A stretch of 63,632 bases of DNA, filler included, from Lenisia limosa (Eukaryota > Protista > Breviatea), in the NCBI GenBank assembly GCA_001655205.1. It is 7 parts of 7 records of this genome, joined end to end, with 100 filler letters (N's around TTAATTAATTAA, not from the genome) between each part and the next. Parts side by side here need not be neighbours in the genome. Positions count along the whole stretch, not along the records: positions 39,398 to 55,217 come from LPNZ01003904.1; positions 55,318 to 56,645 come from LPNZ01006493.1; positions 56,746 to 62,433 come from LPNZ01010867.1; 4 more parts are not named here. One strand, 5' to 3'. The position numbers were made by a program, and so were the translations under genes. Under the pieces are notes generated by a model. The model ran no database searches and was not told where the DNA came from. It saw nothing but the letters and a program-made list of their open reading frames with translations. Shown here piece after piece: positions 50,601 through 61,113 of the stretch (within the stretch, counting starts at the first letter, position 1; every line of letters begins with the position of its first letter).

Positions 50601-51083
50601 GACTGCCATCTAAATAGTAAAAAATACTAATGTATATCTTATAATACAGCTATATTTATTATAGAAATTGTGAGAATTGCAATAATAAACAACAATTATA
50701 AACACATCCAACCAACCTTATCATAAAATCATGCCATTTTGTGGCAAGTAACGATTTTTCAGGGGTTGAACTAGACCCCCTAGACCCTTCGCTTTTCTGT
50801 TTTTTTATATTCAATTTATTGGCAAATGATTGAGGCAAATCTTTGGTAGACTGAAATAGAAAATAAGATAACATAAAAACAGTGACCAACGATGCCAGTT
50901 TGGTCTCCCATTGGACGAATGCAGTTCACTGTACCCTCTCTTCCTTGAAAAGACTTCTTTTTAGATTCATATTGTTGCCCTTTCAAAGGCGGGAACATAT
51001 TCAACTACAACCTGTGAACAATGGACAGACTAAAACAGAATANNNNNNNNNNNNNNNNNNNNAAAATTGATTCCTCATTTCAT
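44638..51083 (-). CDS. Large multi-exon protein with periodic Trp-containing helical repeats, Sfi1-like (candidate centrin-binding)
   Basis: Exons give LLKTAFLCWRE, EVLLVPFCTWASI, RRIIIAWKEYAAY, KTAVLKEWALII, ELTFMAWHIYT and LCLKILHIWND, resembling the Sfi1 repeat (..L...F..W). The N-terminal part is low-complexity/acidic. The start is approximate. Confidence 0.55.
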
Positions 51084-51546
51084 ATTTCTTGTATATCTTT
51101 CTCTCACTTTGATTGGCAATTTGTTTGATTGAGATTGAGGCACGGATACCGACACCTAAAGAGCACCTGCGCGAGCACCTGCTGACCTGTTGCTTGATAT
51201 GGTTTATGATTTTGAAATTTGAAATTTTGCCAAAGAGGGGGGGGCGCCGCGTGGGCGCGGCGGGCAAAGCTGGTGGTGGGTNNNNNNNNNNNNNNNNNNN
51301 NNNNNNNNNNNNNNNNNNNNNNNNNNNNNNNTGTGGTGAGCTGGTGAGCATTGGTTGTTTGGTTTTGATTGGGTTTTGATTAGATTGATTTTTTATCATT
51401 AATCACAGGTTCATTGGGGTTTTGGGTTCATTTGGTTCAGTTCGTTCCGCAGTGGAGGTGCTATATAGTATTTTCACCTTTTCACCAATCAATTGGTTCG
51501 GCCAACCAGTTCACACCTACCCCTTCCGAAATAAGCTTCTTCAAAC

Positions 51547-52581
51547 ATGATGCCAAGACTGTTCATAGTTACAGGTGGAAGCGCAGGTATTGGACTTTGG
51601 GTAGGAGGAACGCTATGTGGTCAGGGACATGTAGTTTTGGCGATCGGCCGTCGAGATCCCAAAGACATTTCAAAGCAGGAGCTTTTAAGAAGTTATGCTG
51701 AGGGAGTCAAGGATGGGAGACTTCGCAATTTAGAAGACGACCCCGATGGTGTTGATATTGAAGGAATAACTGTTGAACAGAGATCTGAGCTGGTTTCAAA
51801 TGTGACATTGTTTGAATTACAGGGTAAAGATAAATTTTTCTATCTTCAGGGGAACCTCAAAGACTCTTCCACCTTTGTTTCAGTTCAAGAATGGGTGCAA
51901 ATGAGTCAGATGACTCCTTCTGGAATTGTTCATTCATCCGGAATCGTTTGGAAAGGTACTTTAGCAGATGAAAAGTGGGTTAACTAACTAACATTTAATA
52001 TCTCAGTGAAGAGTTTTTGGTTCAGCAATTTGCTGAGACGGTTGGTTCACTCACAAAGTAAGAATGAACAAATATCCTCTCATGCTCAGACTGTTTCAAT
52101 TTTGTCTGCCATACTTCAAGAAGTCATCGTGTTCTCATGTATTAACCATAGCCTCAGACTGGTTTGATTTCAATCAATATTATGACGTTTTTCAGGGGAA
52201 TTAAAGCAGGTCCAAAGGCAGCTGGCTATTGCACAATCAAGTCGGCTCTCATTCAACTGACAAAGTCTATTGCAATTGACTTTGGATGTGACGGAATAAG
52301 AGCAAATGCAATATGTCCTGGAGACACGTTTGTCTCAAGGTGGCTCGAAGAAGGATACTATACAAATGAAAAGACGCCTGTTACACTTTTGGAGGCTTCA
52401 TCTCCAATTGAAGTACCACTTCAGAGAATTGGAAGACCAAACGATATTTCACATTTGGTCACATTTATGATTTCAGGTAAAAACACCAATATCACATTTC
52501 ATCAATATAGAGAAAGCAAGCTACATAACAGGTTGTGCAATTCCAGTTGATGGAGGTGGACTTGCTGGAGATTGTGTTTAA
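51547..52581 (+). CDS. Classical short-chain dehydrogenase/reductase (SDR), 5 exons
   Basis: TGGSAGIG, HSSGI, ASDWG (catalytic Ser), YCTIK (YxxxK), IRANAICPG, PLQRIGRP.DI and YITGCAIPVDGG. Introns are 32, 32, 34 and 34 nt; stop TAA at 52579-52581. Confidence 0.95.
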
Positions 52582-53158
52582 AGTCAAACTTGATAATGTA
52601 TATTATTATCAAAACTACCATTATCAAACCATTATTACTTATATTGTATTTATAATATTCACAAATTTGGAGTCGAGAGATTGCACAAAAAATAAAATTG
52701 TAATCTTAAACATATTGTAGTCAATGGTTAGATGTGTTATTATATTAATTATAATTAATAATATATATTAGGAATTGCTCAGAAAAATAATATTAAGTAA
52801 ACTACAATTATGATAATAGTAACATAATTTTGATTATTAGATACTATTTACACTAGTTTTAACTACCACAATTAGTGAAATACTAATTTTTGTATAAATA
52901 TAATTAGTGATATTTTGTTATAAGATCTTAGAGTTAATTTTATCATACATATTTAATTTCACAATGGAGTTAATTTTTGATTTCTTGTCAATGTAATATT
53001 TTTTTTCATTTTTTAAATGTTTTTCAATGCAATTTTTTTTTTCAGTTTATAGTTTTTTTTTGATATTTCAATTACTTTTTTTATTTTAGGTGCTGGTTTG
53101 ATTGATTTTGTGTTATTAATGTTGTATTTAAGAATAATTAATTGATATTTTTGTTGAG

Positions 53159-53525
53159 ATGACAGACCGAACAGAGGATGCAGTACCGGAGGAAGAAAAA
53201 AAAGAGGTAAGTTACGGGTATAAAGTTGAGACTCGCAATTGTGTTAAATTACTATTTGGTCAGAAACGGATGGTTCGGATTCCTGAAGCTCGAATATCTT
53301 TGACCGCTATTCCTGACGCAAGTGTTGATGGTGCGTGGAATGTAATAGTAATTTTTATTCAATGTGACAGATATCGCAAGAGTGATGAAGAAACTTGGCC
53401 CTCCGCCTTCTATTGGTGAGCTGAGATCTTTTTTTTTTTTTTTTTTACTTGGAATAGGAGTTTCAGATGAAGCATTTGAAACTGCAAAACGAAAAACACT
53501 TGAAGAAGCCAATAGGGAGGATTAA
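53159..53525 (+). CDS. Small (~80 aa) 4-exon charged hypothetical protein
   Basis: MTDRTEDAVPEEEKKE|KRMVRIPEARISLTAIPDASVD|DIARVMKKLGPPPSI|GVSDEAFETAKRKTLEEANRED*, with three phase-consistent GT-AG introns. Confidence 0.75.
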
Positions 53526-53541
53526 CAATGTATTTTTGGAT

Positions 53542-54771
53542 TTACACTGGCAGATATTCTTGGCAGTCACGGGACCCACACAAACATTTAACAGTCTTTG
53601 TGCTGAAGCCTGAAAAATTATTGCAATTTGGTCTATCTTTCTCCAAGCAAACAAACCATCAGGATGATAGTGAAACGTGATCTCGTTATCTCTAAATACA
53701 TAAACAACATGATTTTACACTTACTTAGCAATTGTTTTGGAAGCTACAATGAGAACTCGAGGCATTGTTGACCCTTTTCGAATCTGAAGTAATTTTGAAT
53801 GTAACTCCCACGCTTACAATAGTTCTGGAGCAATTCGGTGAACAGGAGTGGTTTATAAACCTTGATAGATTTCCCTTCTTTTTTGCCGAAATATGTGTTC
53901 TCATAACCCCAGAAGAACTAAGGAGGAAGCTCAACGAAATACCACAAGAGAGGAAGGAAGTATGACGTTACCTACAAGTGTTCGTTGATCGTCATAAGAT
54001 AGAATTCTGTGTCAGAACTTGATTTTGCTTCTTTAGCTGCTTCTTCTTCAGAAAGAATGATACCAATGTACTCGGAAATAACTGTTCCTGTACAATGAGT
54101 TTTCTCCCAGCTACAAAACAACTGCCTACCTTTCTTAATTTCAGATGTGGCTTTGAGGCCAAATCCTGTTTTGTGTGTATCAAAAACCTGAACAGGTCAG
54201 AAGTATTCTCGGTTATCAAAGTGACTATTCCCTTCCCCCAAACAAGAACGAGTATTTATGATAAATGCCAAACTCACGGTTATGTTGGGGCACTGGTAAG
54301 ACCTATTTGTTGTACAATGGCAGGAGCAATTTGAGGAACACTATAGCAGTAAGAATTGGGTTCAGCTCACTACCACTACCTTACTTCAAAAATTGGATAA
54401 TTAGCATCAGATAGAAGAATAGAGCTTCCTTTTGATTGAAAGTAAGTTCGAGCTGAAAATGAGGGTGAAATGAAGTGGAGAAATGGCCCATTCCAGTTGT
54501 CACCCCATACAGGAATGTGACATCTCAAGGCAGGTACAATCTTCATTGCACTCTCCTATAATTATAAAACTATCCAGTCCATCCAGCGTGATTTTTTATT
54601 TGTAGCCCTCCAACCAATGCATTCACACCCTTGAAGGTCAAAGTCGTCACGTAACATTGCAGAGGAAGAACTCATGATGGATTCTGTAATAAATTCATAT
54701 CTGAAAAATGAATTAGAAGTAGGATATATTGTTTCAGGTATGATGTTCATACACACATACCGGTTTGCCAT
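53542..54771 (-). CDS. Small pre-SET/SET/post-SET histone-lysine N-methyltransferase (SUV39/SETMAR-like architecture)
   Basis: Spliced: GCECIGECNEDCTC...PIFECSSNCSCHC, VFDTHKTGFGLKATSEIKKGTVISEYIGII, GNLSRFINHSCSPNC, EITFHY and post-SET KCLCGSRDCQEYLPV*. Confidence 0.92.
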
Positions 54772-55217
54772 TGAAGCAAGTTCTTCTCACTCTCACAAAA
54801 TAATGATCTGAGGGTGAGATTGGGATTGTTTTTTCGAGAAAATATTGGGAAAATCAAGAGACTTTAATGATATGTGACACACCATTACAGGTAATAAAGG
54901 GAAGGCAGGAAAGAAGAGAGGTTGGTTGGATACAAAAAAAAAACTGGGAAAATTGAGGATGGTAAAAGGTGAAAACAAGATTAAAGACATTCACTATCCA
55001 CTCACCTGCTATTCAGCTATTCACACGCACACGGTATTTGCCGGTATTGCTCAGTTGATTCATGACATGGGGTAGACTATGGGTCGGGGTCAGGCTAAAG
55101 CTTGGATTCAACTTGGACTTCTCTGGCTTGTCTGGTCTTTTTCTGTCAGTTGGTCTGGTCCAAGTTCAGTCCTACTAAAGTCGTACAGTTCTTCAGTTCT
55201 CTGGCAAGCTGGCAAGT

Positions 55218-55317
55218 NNNNNNNNNNNNNNNNNNNNNNNNNNNNNNNNNNNNNNNNNNNNTTAATTAATTAANNNNNNNNNNNNNNNNNNNNNNNNNNN
55301 NNNNNNNNNNNNNNNNN
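55218..55317. other. Artificial contig spacer
   Basis: N44-TTAATTAATTAA-N44. Confidence 0.95.
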
Positions 55318-55758
55318 CCCCCCCTTTTTTTTTTATATGTTCTTTATGTTATCAGAATGAGTATATTAATGAGGTAATTTATATGTTTTATTCATTGTTG
55401 CGTGTACATGGGAAATTGAAATGAAATGTTGAGAAGTTTTACTGTTTGCCCCTTGCAATATGCAATTCTTACCAAAACGCCTGTTTCTCTGACGTTTAAG
55501 ATGGGAAGAGAACTCGCGTGAACTCACCCGTGACCTCGGCAGCACTCGCGATTTGTTGGGGGGGGGGGCTTTTTCGCCCTTCAAGAGTACTTTAAACTGT
55601 AAAACGTTCACAGCCGANNNNNNNNNNNNNNNNNNNNNNNNNNNNNNNNNNNNNNNNNNNNNNNNNNNNNNNNNNNNNNNNNNCAATATCGATATTTTTC
55701 TGTATTTTCGAGAAATGCTGTTGGTTTTGTACATTGACTTGCACAAAAAAAAAGGGAA

Positions 55759-55864
55759 TAAAGCCTTCTTCCTACGATCCGAAAAAGACCGTTAAAATAT
55801 CGATATTCATCGAGGATTTATCGAGTATTTCAGTCTCTTTTTTTTTGGGACCCAGGGAAGACCC
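55759..55864. mobile_element. Degenerate copy of the hAT-type MITE
   Basis: The core GAAAAAGACCG..AAAATATCGATATT..ATCGAG..ATTTATCGAG..TTCAGTC..TTTTTTGG matches copy D; the TIRs are eroded. Confidence 0.55.
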
Positions 55865-55942
55865 GCACAAAAAACAAAAAGAAAAAAGAAGAGGGTAGCC
55901 TTTCAACACATGAAAAACAAAAAGCCTTTTTTAACCCTTTAG

Positions 55943-56427
55943 ACTAGCACAAACCGAGCGTCGCTTGGAATTGGCCCAACAGGCCAATGAGAAGAAAGAC
56001 GCTGAGCTTCTGGCCCTGAGGAAGAAGTCTTCAAGTGCTACATCTAAGGCGGACGATTATCTGAGGTGCGCATGGGTGGCTGTGATGTTGTGTTGCCCCC
56101 TTTTAATTATTATTATTATAATTGGGTAAATTAATATTTTACATTAATTCAATATCTTCTAAGCGTAATGGTGTGGACGGCTTTGGCCAGCAGATACAAC
56201 CTTGTTTTTTTTTATTTCTCATTGCTATACTCTATCGATATCATATATTATTTCATAGTACAATTTATTTTGTACCTGTCGCACTTCCCGTTGTTGCACT
56301 TTTGACTGTTTAGACATTCTCAGACACTTTCCGTTGTTGTTGCACTTTTTGACTCTTTAGACGTTCTCAGAACGCCATGGATGAAAACATGACTCTTTCC
56401 GTCCGTCAGGCTACCCTTGAAGAGTGG
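55943..56427 (+). CDS. Two internal exons of a coiled-coil protein
   Basis: LAQTERRLELAQQANEKKDAELLALRKKSSSATSKADDYLR|RSQNAMDENMTLSVRQATLEE, with phase-compatible splice sites. Confidence 0.65.
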
Positions 56428-56527
56428 GTATATGGTAGTCTTTTTTGTTTCTCATTACATTTCCCCCTTATTTATTTTTTTGTTGAACTTACCAATATCA
56501 TGTACAACGTGTATTCATGAGAGGGTA

Positions 56528-56607
56528 CACTGACCGGGATAAGTCTTGACCTATTTTCCTTGGGAAATATCACATAGCAAATCGGTCAAGACTTATCCCG
56601 GTCACTG
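56528..56607. mobile_element. 80-bp Tc1/mariner-type MITE
   Basis: TA|CACTGACCGGGATAAGTCTTGACC...GGTCAAGACTTATCCCGGTCACTG|TA: 24-bp TIRs with one mismatch, CA(G/C)TG ends and a TA duplication. Confidence 0.85.
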
Positions 56608-56645
56608 TATATAACATGGTGTGCAGGGCTTTTGCTCTTACCCAA

Positions 56646-56745
56646 NNNNNNNNNNNNNNNNNNNNNNNNNNNNNNNNNNNNNNNNNNNNTTAATTAATTA
56701 ANNNNNNNNNNNNNNNNNNNNNNNNNNNNNNNNNNNNNNNNNNNN
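56646..56745. other. Artificial contig spacer
   Basis: N44-TTAATTAATTAA-N44. Confidence 0.95.
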
Positions 56746-56960
56746 CGTTTGAGGAGAACCTGGTTGTAGGGCCCAATGGTATGTTGGCCAGAAACGTCTT
56801 TGATAATCGCCTGTATTCTCTGAAGGAAATGGTGAGATCCATATAACAAGTTGATATTGTTGAGTAAAAAAGCGATTTTTATCTTTCTGCACTGACACAT
56901 ACATACTAAACCTGATACTTTGACCCTCGCATACTCCTTCAGAAAGCCATCAGCAACTGA
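56746..56960 (+). CDS. Probable last two exons of a gene (strand ambiguous)
   Basis: FEENLVVGPNGMLARNVFDNRLYSLKEM|GTGAG...CTTCAG|KAISN*. The exact antisense frame is also open, so the strand is not secure. Confidence 0.3.
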
Positions 56961-57682
56961 GCAATGACTGGCAACTCTCCGAATCTACGACATTAGCAGG
57001 GAAGATAAACGAGCCAATGACAGCAACGTAGTCGCTTTCATATTGCAATTCTGTGATTGAGACTGACCATTGGATTGGCTGAGTTTCGAGAGGCCGCGAG
57101 AGAGAGGGAGGGTGAGGGTTTTCTTGGCGGCCGACTTGAGCATATGAAGGGAAAAGATTGAAATTCGAGGTTCAACGATTTTCTTTGAAAAAAAAAACAC
57201 AAACAGTAGTGATGAATACAAAGACAATAGTTGGAACGAGTTGCCTACTTTCCAGTGGGAGAGCTTTTTCTTGATATGATGAGCGGTGCTGGGACGTTGG
57301 GGGTCTAAAGGTAATGAACGGTTAAAGCTTCTTGACAAGGGCCCACTTTAGATATATATTTATACATGTGAGATCAGCCTACTGATTTTGTCTGAAAGCC
57401 TGATACAACAATCTGGGGGTCGGGCTCAACCTGGATCGGCTTGATTGGGGTTGGCTGCTGGACTTCGGTTTTTTTCTACTTCGTTAAAAACAAACAGAAA
57501 AAATGCTTCGATGTGAAACTTAAGAGAAAAGAAACCTCAACTTGAGCATCCACACCTGTATTGTCCTCGATGTTGGTTCCAAAGAGATATTCGACAGAAA
57601 CTTTGAGGCCTGACTGATCCCGGATTTCTTCTCCGCAAGGGTGATCTTGATGATGGTCAGATCTTGAAAGGTGTTTTGTCAA

Positions 57683-57928
57683 ATGATCAAGAAATACAGC
57701 CTTCAAGGATTCATTGAACATTATGTTTCTTGGACTGACGTAAAGACAAAGTTTGTTGATATACTATATACTACATATCGATATGTAGATGTTGAAAAAA
57801 GGAGTTCCTCGCGCGATTGTTTTTTTTGTAAAAATAAACTAAAGAGCTTTCAGTATGACCACATTGCTTGTTCAGAATATATTTGGGAACATTGTTCCCA
57901 TATTCTAGAGTATGCAGGTCAAAATTGA
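57683..57928 (+). CDS. Short intronless ORF with a degenerate BIR-like Cys/His motif
   Basis: MIKKYSLQ...DCFFCKNKLKSFQYDHIACSEYIWEHCSHILEY resembles CFxC-x6-W-x3-D-xP-x2-EH-x-C, but Tyr replaces the Zn-ligand His. Confidence 0.3.
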   Translation: MIKKYSLQGFIEHYVSWTDVKTKFVDILYTTYRYVDVEKRSSSRDCFFCKNKLKSFQYDHIACSEYIWEHCSHILEYAGQN

Positions 57929-58029
57929 AAACAAACTGTTATTTATTGAAGTTCGTTTCATTAATTAAATAATACAAAAAATGATAAAATAGTTATTATA
58001 CAATACAAAAGTTTCTCTTTTAATCCTCT

Positions 58030-58475
58030 ATCAGTATTACTGGGTTTTTTCAGAAGAAGGCAATAACGGACGCACAACCCCCAACCGAAGGCAGAACAGC
58101 CACAGCCGAAGCAGAGTGGTGAAGCATGGGTTTAGCGGTCATTGTCTTCTAGACTCTTCGCGTAAGATCATTGTAACATGGAAAAGGAATCAAGAAAACC
58201 AAAATATCCAGGGAATCAAAAAATAACGACCAGAAAGCAACTTCCATGGAATCTGAAGACACCATGAATCAAGATAATATGATGCATCGCATCGACCTTT
58301 ATAAAATCGCAGCTTACTCTCAAACACGTCACCTGATTGACAGTTAAAACTCCATTGGGGTGATAATACACCTTTGTTCGTCAATCCATTGAGATGCGGC
58401 TTGGTACTTGGTAAGAAGTGAGGAAGATGGTAGGGTGACTTTTGATTGAGCCTTTCTGCTTGCCCTTTTGTACTA
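58030..58475 (-). CDS. Possible small multi-exon gene with a hydrophobic C-terminus
   Basis: Exons TKGQAERLNQKSPYHLPHFLPSTKPHLNGLTNKG|DVFE| and a terminal SAVAVLPSVGGCASVIAFF*. Start not identified. Confidence 0.3.
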
Positions 58476-58740
58476 AAAAATAATAGTATATATAATAATA
58501 ATAGGAAATACAGTCTTTTAGTTAAAGGATGAGAGGGAGGAGAGACAGGAGAGCTGCAGGAAGAGACAACAGGAAGTTAAGGGTCCGCGCCGGGTAGTTT
58601 CTCTAATTTTGAAAAATCCTTTGAAACTTCGAAACGAAACCTTGACGAAACCTTTTTATGATTATAGAAGAAGTTTGTCTTTCAAATATTCAAATATAGG
58701 AAGAATGCTTGGATTTGAACCCCCAGCGACTCTATAAAAA

Positions 58741-60256
58741 TGCCGCCAAGCCCAGCAGAAGCCATTAAGGCGGCTTTAGAGGTCAGTGTTCATTATTAAA
58801 TTTGTATTTGAGACGTCCTATCCCAAAACAGTTACTCTCTTGCCTTTTCATGCCATCACATCTGGTCTCATCTTCTTTACACGATCAGTCTCAAGTTCCC
58901 CTCACTTCTTACTCCTCTGATGTAGCCCATATCAAATCAGGGTAGGTTATTGTGCTTCTGGGGATTGTGCGCTTATCCTAATGGTTGATTTGCTGTGTTA
59001 TACGTTACGTCAAAGAAGATACTAACCAAGGTTTTATGTGATTCTCTGGCAAACTGCATGACATAAGTGTATTTTCAGAAAAAAAAATACACATTTTAAG
59101 CACATTGATAATCTTTATGAGTTTTATGTGCTTGGTAGATGACGTTTCTCTCACTTTCTCGTTATAATTTTTGTATTTATATTACAATCCTTTTTTTTTG
59201 CTGAGGGAGGCAAGTTCTGATGTTCCAGAAAGCAGCAATATGACCTGCGTTTTGTTCCATCTTCTGTCCTGGACAGGAGAGAATGCTCTGCCCTCTTTTC
59301 CTTGACTAAGACTAACATGGAGAAACTGTTTGTTCGGGCCTGGTACTCTTTGCTTGAGATAGTTCTTTTTTTTCTTTATAACAACTATTAAATGAGCAAA
59401 TACTGCTTTCCTGAGTTTGCTGCGTTTAAAAGTGGACGCATATGTATGATTGGTTCTTCTATCTGATGAGAAGTCTTGGGGCTGATCGTAACAGAAGTCT
59501 GCTTCTCAGCAGAGAGCAACATTAATGCCTTGAGCTCAAATGGTTACCATCTTTACACACTGTTATTTTGTAGGTACGCTGAAGTTGGATGGATTTGGTC
59601 AGACTATGGTAAAAAGAACGAAATCTTCGTACAAAAGGCAAGGTAGGGTACACTACCATCTACAGCGCTTGATCTGTTTGGACAGCTTTACCCGGCTGTA
59701 GCTTTACCTTATTGCTCTGCATATCCATGTATAGTGTACATTTGATTTTGACCGAAAAGACCAGGATAATATCAGCGTTTATTATGGTTTTTTCGATAAT
59801 CCAGCTGGATTTGTAAAGCAACGTGAAGCTCTTTCTTAGTGAATCTCGCAAGTCATTCATCACAATCATTTAGGCTGGCAATCGCGAGGATAGGCCGTGA
59901 GGTATTTGGCTACATTGCGCTCCATATTGATGTTGATGACTCCAGATCAACCGGCTATCTGTGGGGGGGGGGGGNNNNNNNNNNNNNNNNNNNNNNNNNN
60001 NNNNNNNNNNNNNNNNNNNNNNNNNNNNNNNNNCCCGAAATCATATCGCCGTGCAGCAACAAAAAGCCACATCACACCATTATCAACACCAGTTGTCATC
60101 ACCAATTTGAGAGCTGATTTACCTTTTATTTCCTATCACCTTGTTAACATTATTAACACCCCCCCCCCCCCNNNNNNNNNNNNNNNNNNNNNNNNNNNNN
60201 NNNNNNNNAGAGGAGAAGAAAAGGAATTGGCAGGTGTGGATTGGACTAACATGTGA
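58741..60256 (+). CDS. Multi-exon hypothetical protein
   Basis: MPPSPAEAIKAALE|, YAEVGWIWSDYGKKNEIFVQKAR|, LAIARIGREVFGYIALHIDVDDSRSTGYL| and GEEKELAGVDWTNM*. Some internal exons are uncertain. Confidence 0.45.
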
Positions 60257-60352
60257 TGGGACATAATCACATAATAGCCCTGCTGCCTTGTCATAAATCT
60301 TTAAAATATTCATCTATGTAGATGTATGATATTTTACTATATTTCTGCACCC

Positions 60353-60607
60353 AACACCGTCAAACAACATTTCAAAGTGTGTAAGAGACATTTAAAGTTT
60401 GAGCATTGTTGAATCCAAAGGCAAACAAGAGAGGATTAATGTCAAAAACAACCAAAAGTTGACCACCTCAAGATTTTGGCCAAGGTAAAAATCCTCAGTT
60501 TGGGGGTCACTAAGTTGATTTTCTCCTCTATGATGCCTAAATTTTCCTAAAACAACACCAAACACCGTCTAACAACATTTGAAAGTGTCTAAGAGACATT
60601 TAAAGTT
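60353..60607. repeat. 47-bp direct repeat pair (60353-60399 and 60561-60607)
   Basis: AACACCGTC(A/T)AACAACATTT(C/G)AAAGTGT(G/C)TAAGAGACATTTAAAGTT, 44/47 identical. Confidence 0.85.
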
Positions 60608-61113
60608 GCCAAAAGATGTAATGGATAATCCAACATTATTTGACAACCATAACATGAGAGCAATACTGTAATGGAAGTGTTTGGTAAATTTGCAGAAACT
60701 AAAGGCAAGTACATATAACATTGCTTAACATATCCATTTATCATGTAGACGGCTTCTTGGGATGTGCGCATTGTTTTGTTTTGCTCACCACATTGAGAAG
60801 CTCAAGTTAACTGTCTTCAAAAGTACACCGGGGGGGAGGGGTGATCTTGAGATATTCCACTTTCAACCATAGACTCCAATGCTTATTTCATAAAATGTTT
60901 GTGATATTATACCCTAAGGCAAAGAATATCAGATATCAGGCAAAACGTACTGTTTATATATCTCACCATTTAGACAACCTAGTTGCCATTGCATTCTACA
61001 TTGGAATGGGGTAGGTTGATTTATATAAATTTTTGGGAACATTGTTTTTTGTATAAATATTTAGTATTTATACATGTATATATTTTTTGTTTGGCCTTGA
61101 TTAATGTCATCAG

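Noticed and set aside
44638-54830. Possible TGA=Trp recoding, suggested by frames reading through TGA (e.g. EYF*PVQVF in the SET gene)
   Set aside because: In the cases worked through (SET gene, 50.3-50.6 kb), canonical introns (GTGAGT donor, CTGAC branch, YAG acceptor) remove the stops and keep conserved motifs in frame. The standard code is sufficient.
56985-57338. Minus-strand MLKSAAKKTLTLPLSRGLSKLSQSN, resembling a mitochondrial presequence
   Set aside because: No phase-consistent splice path to a downstream open exon was found, and a competing plus-strand model exists. Left uncalled.
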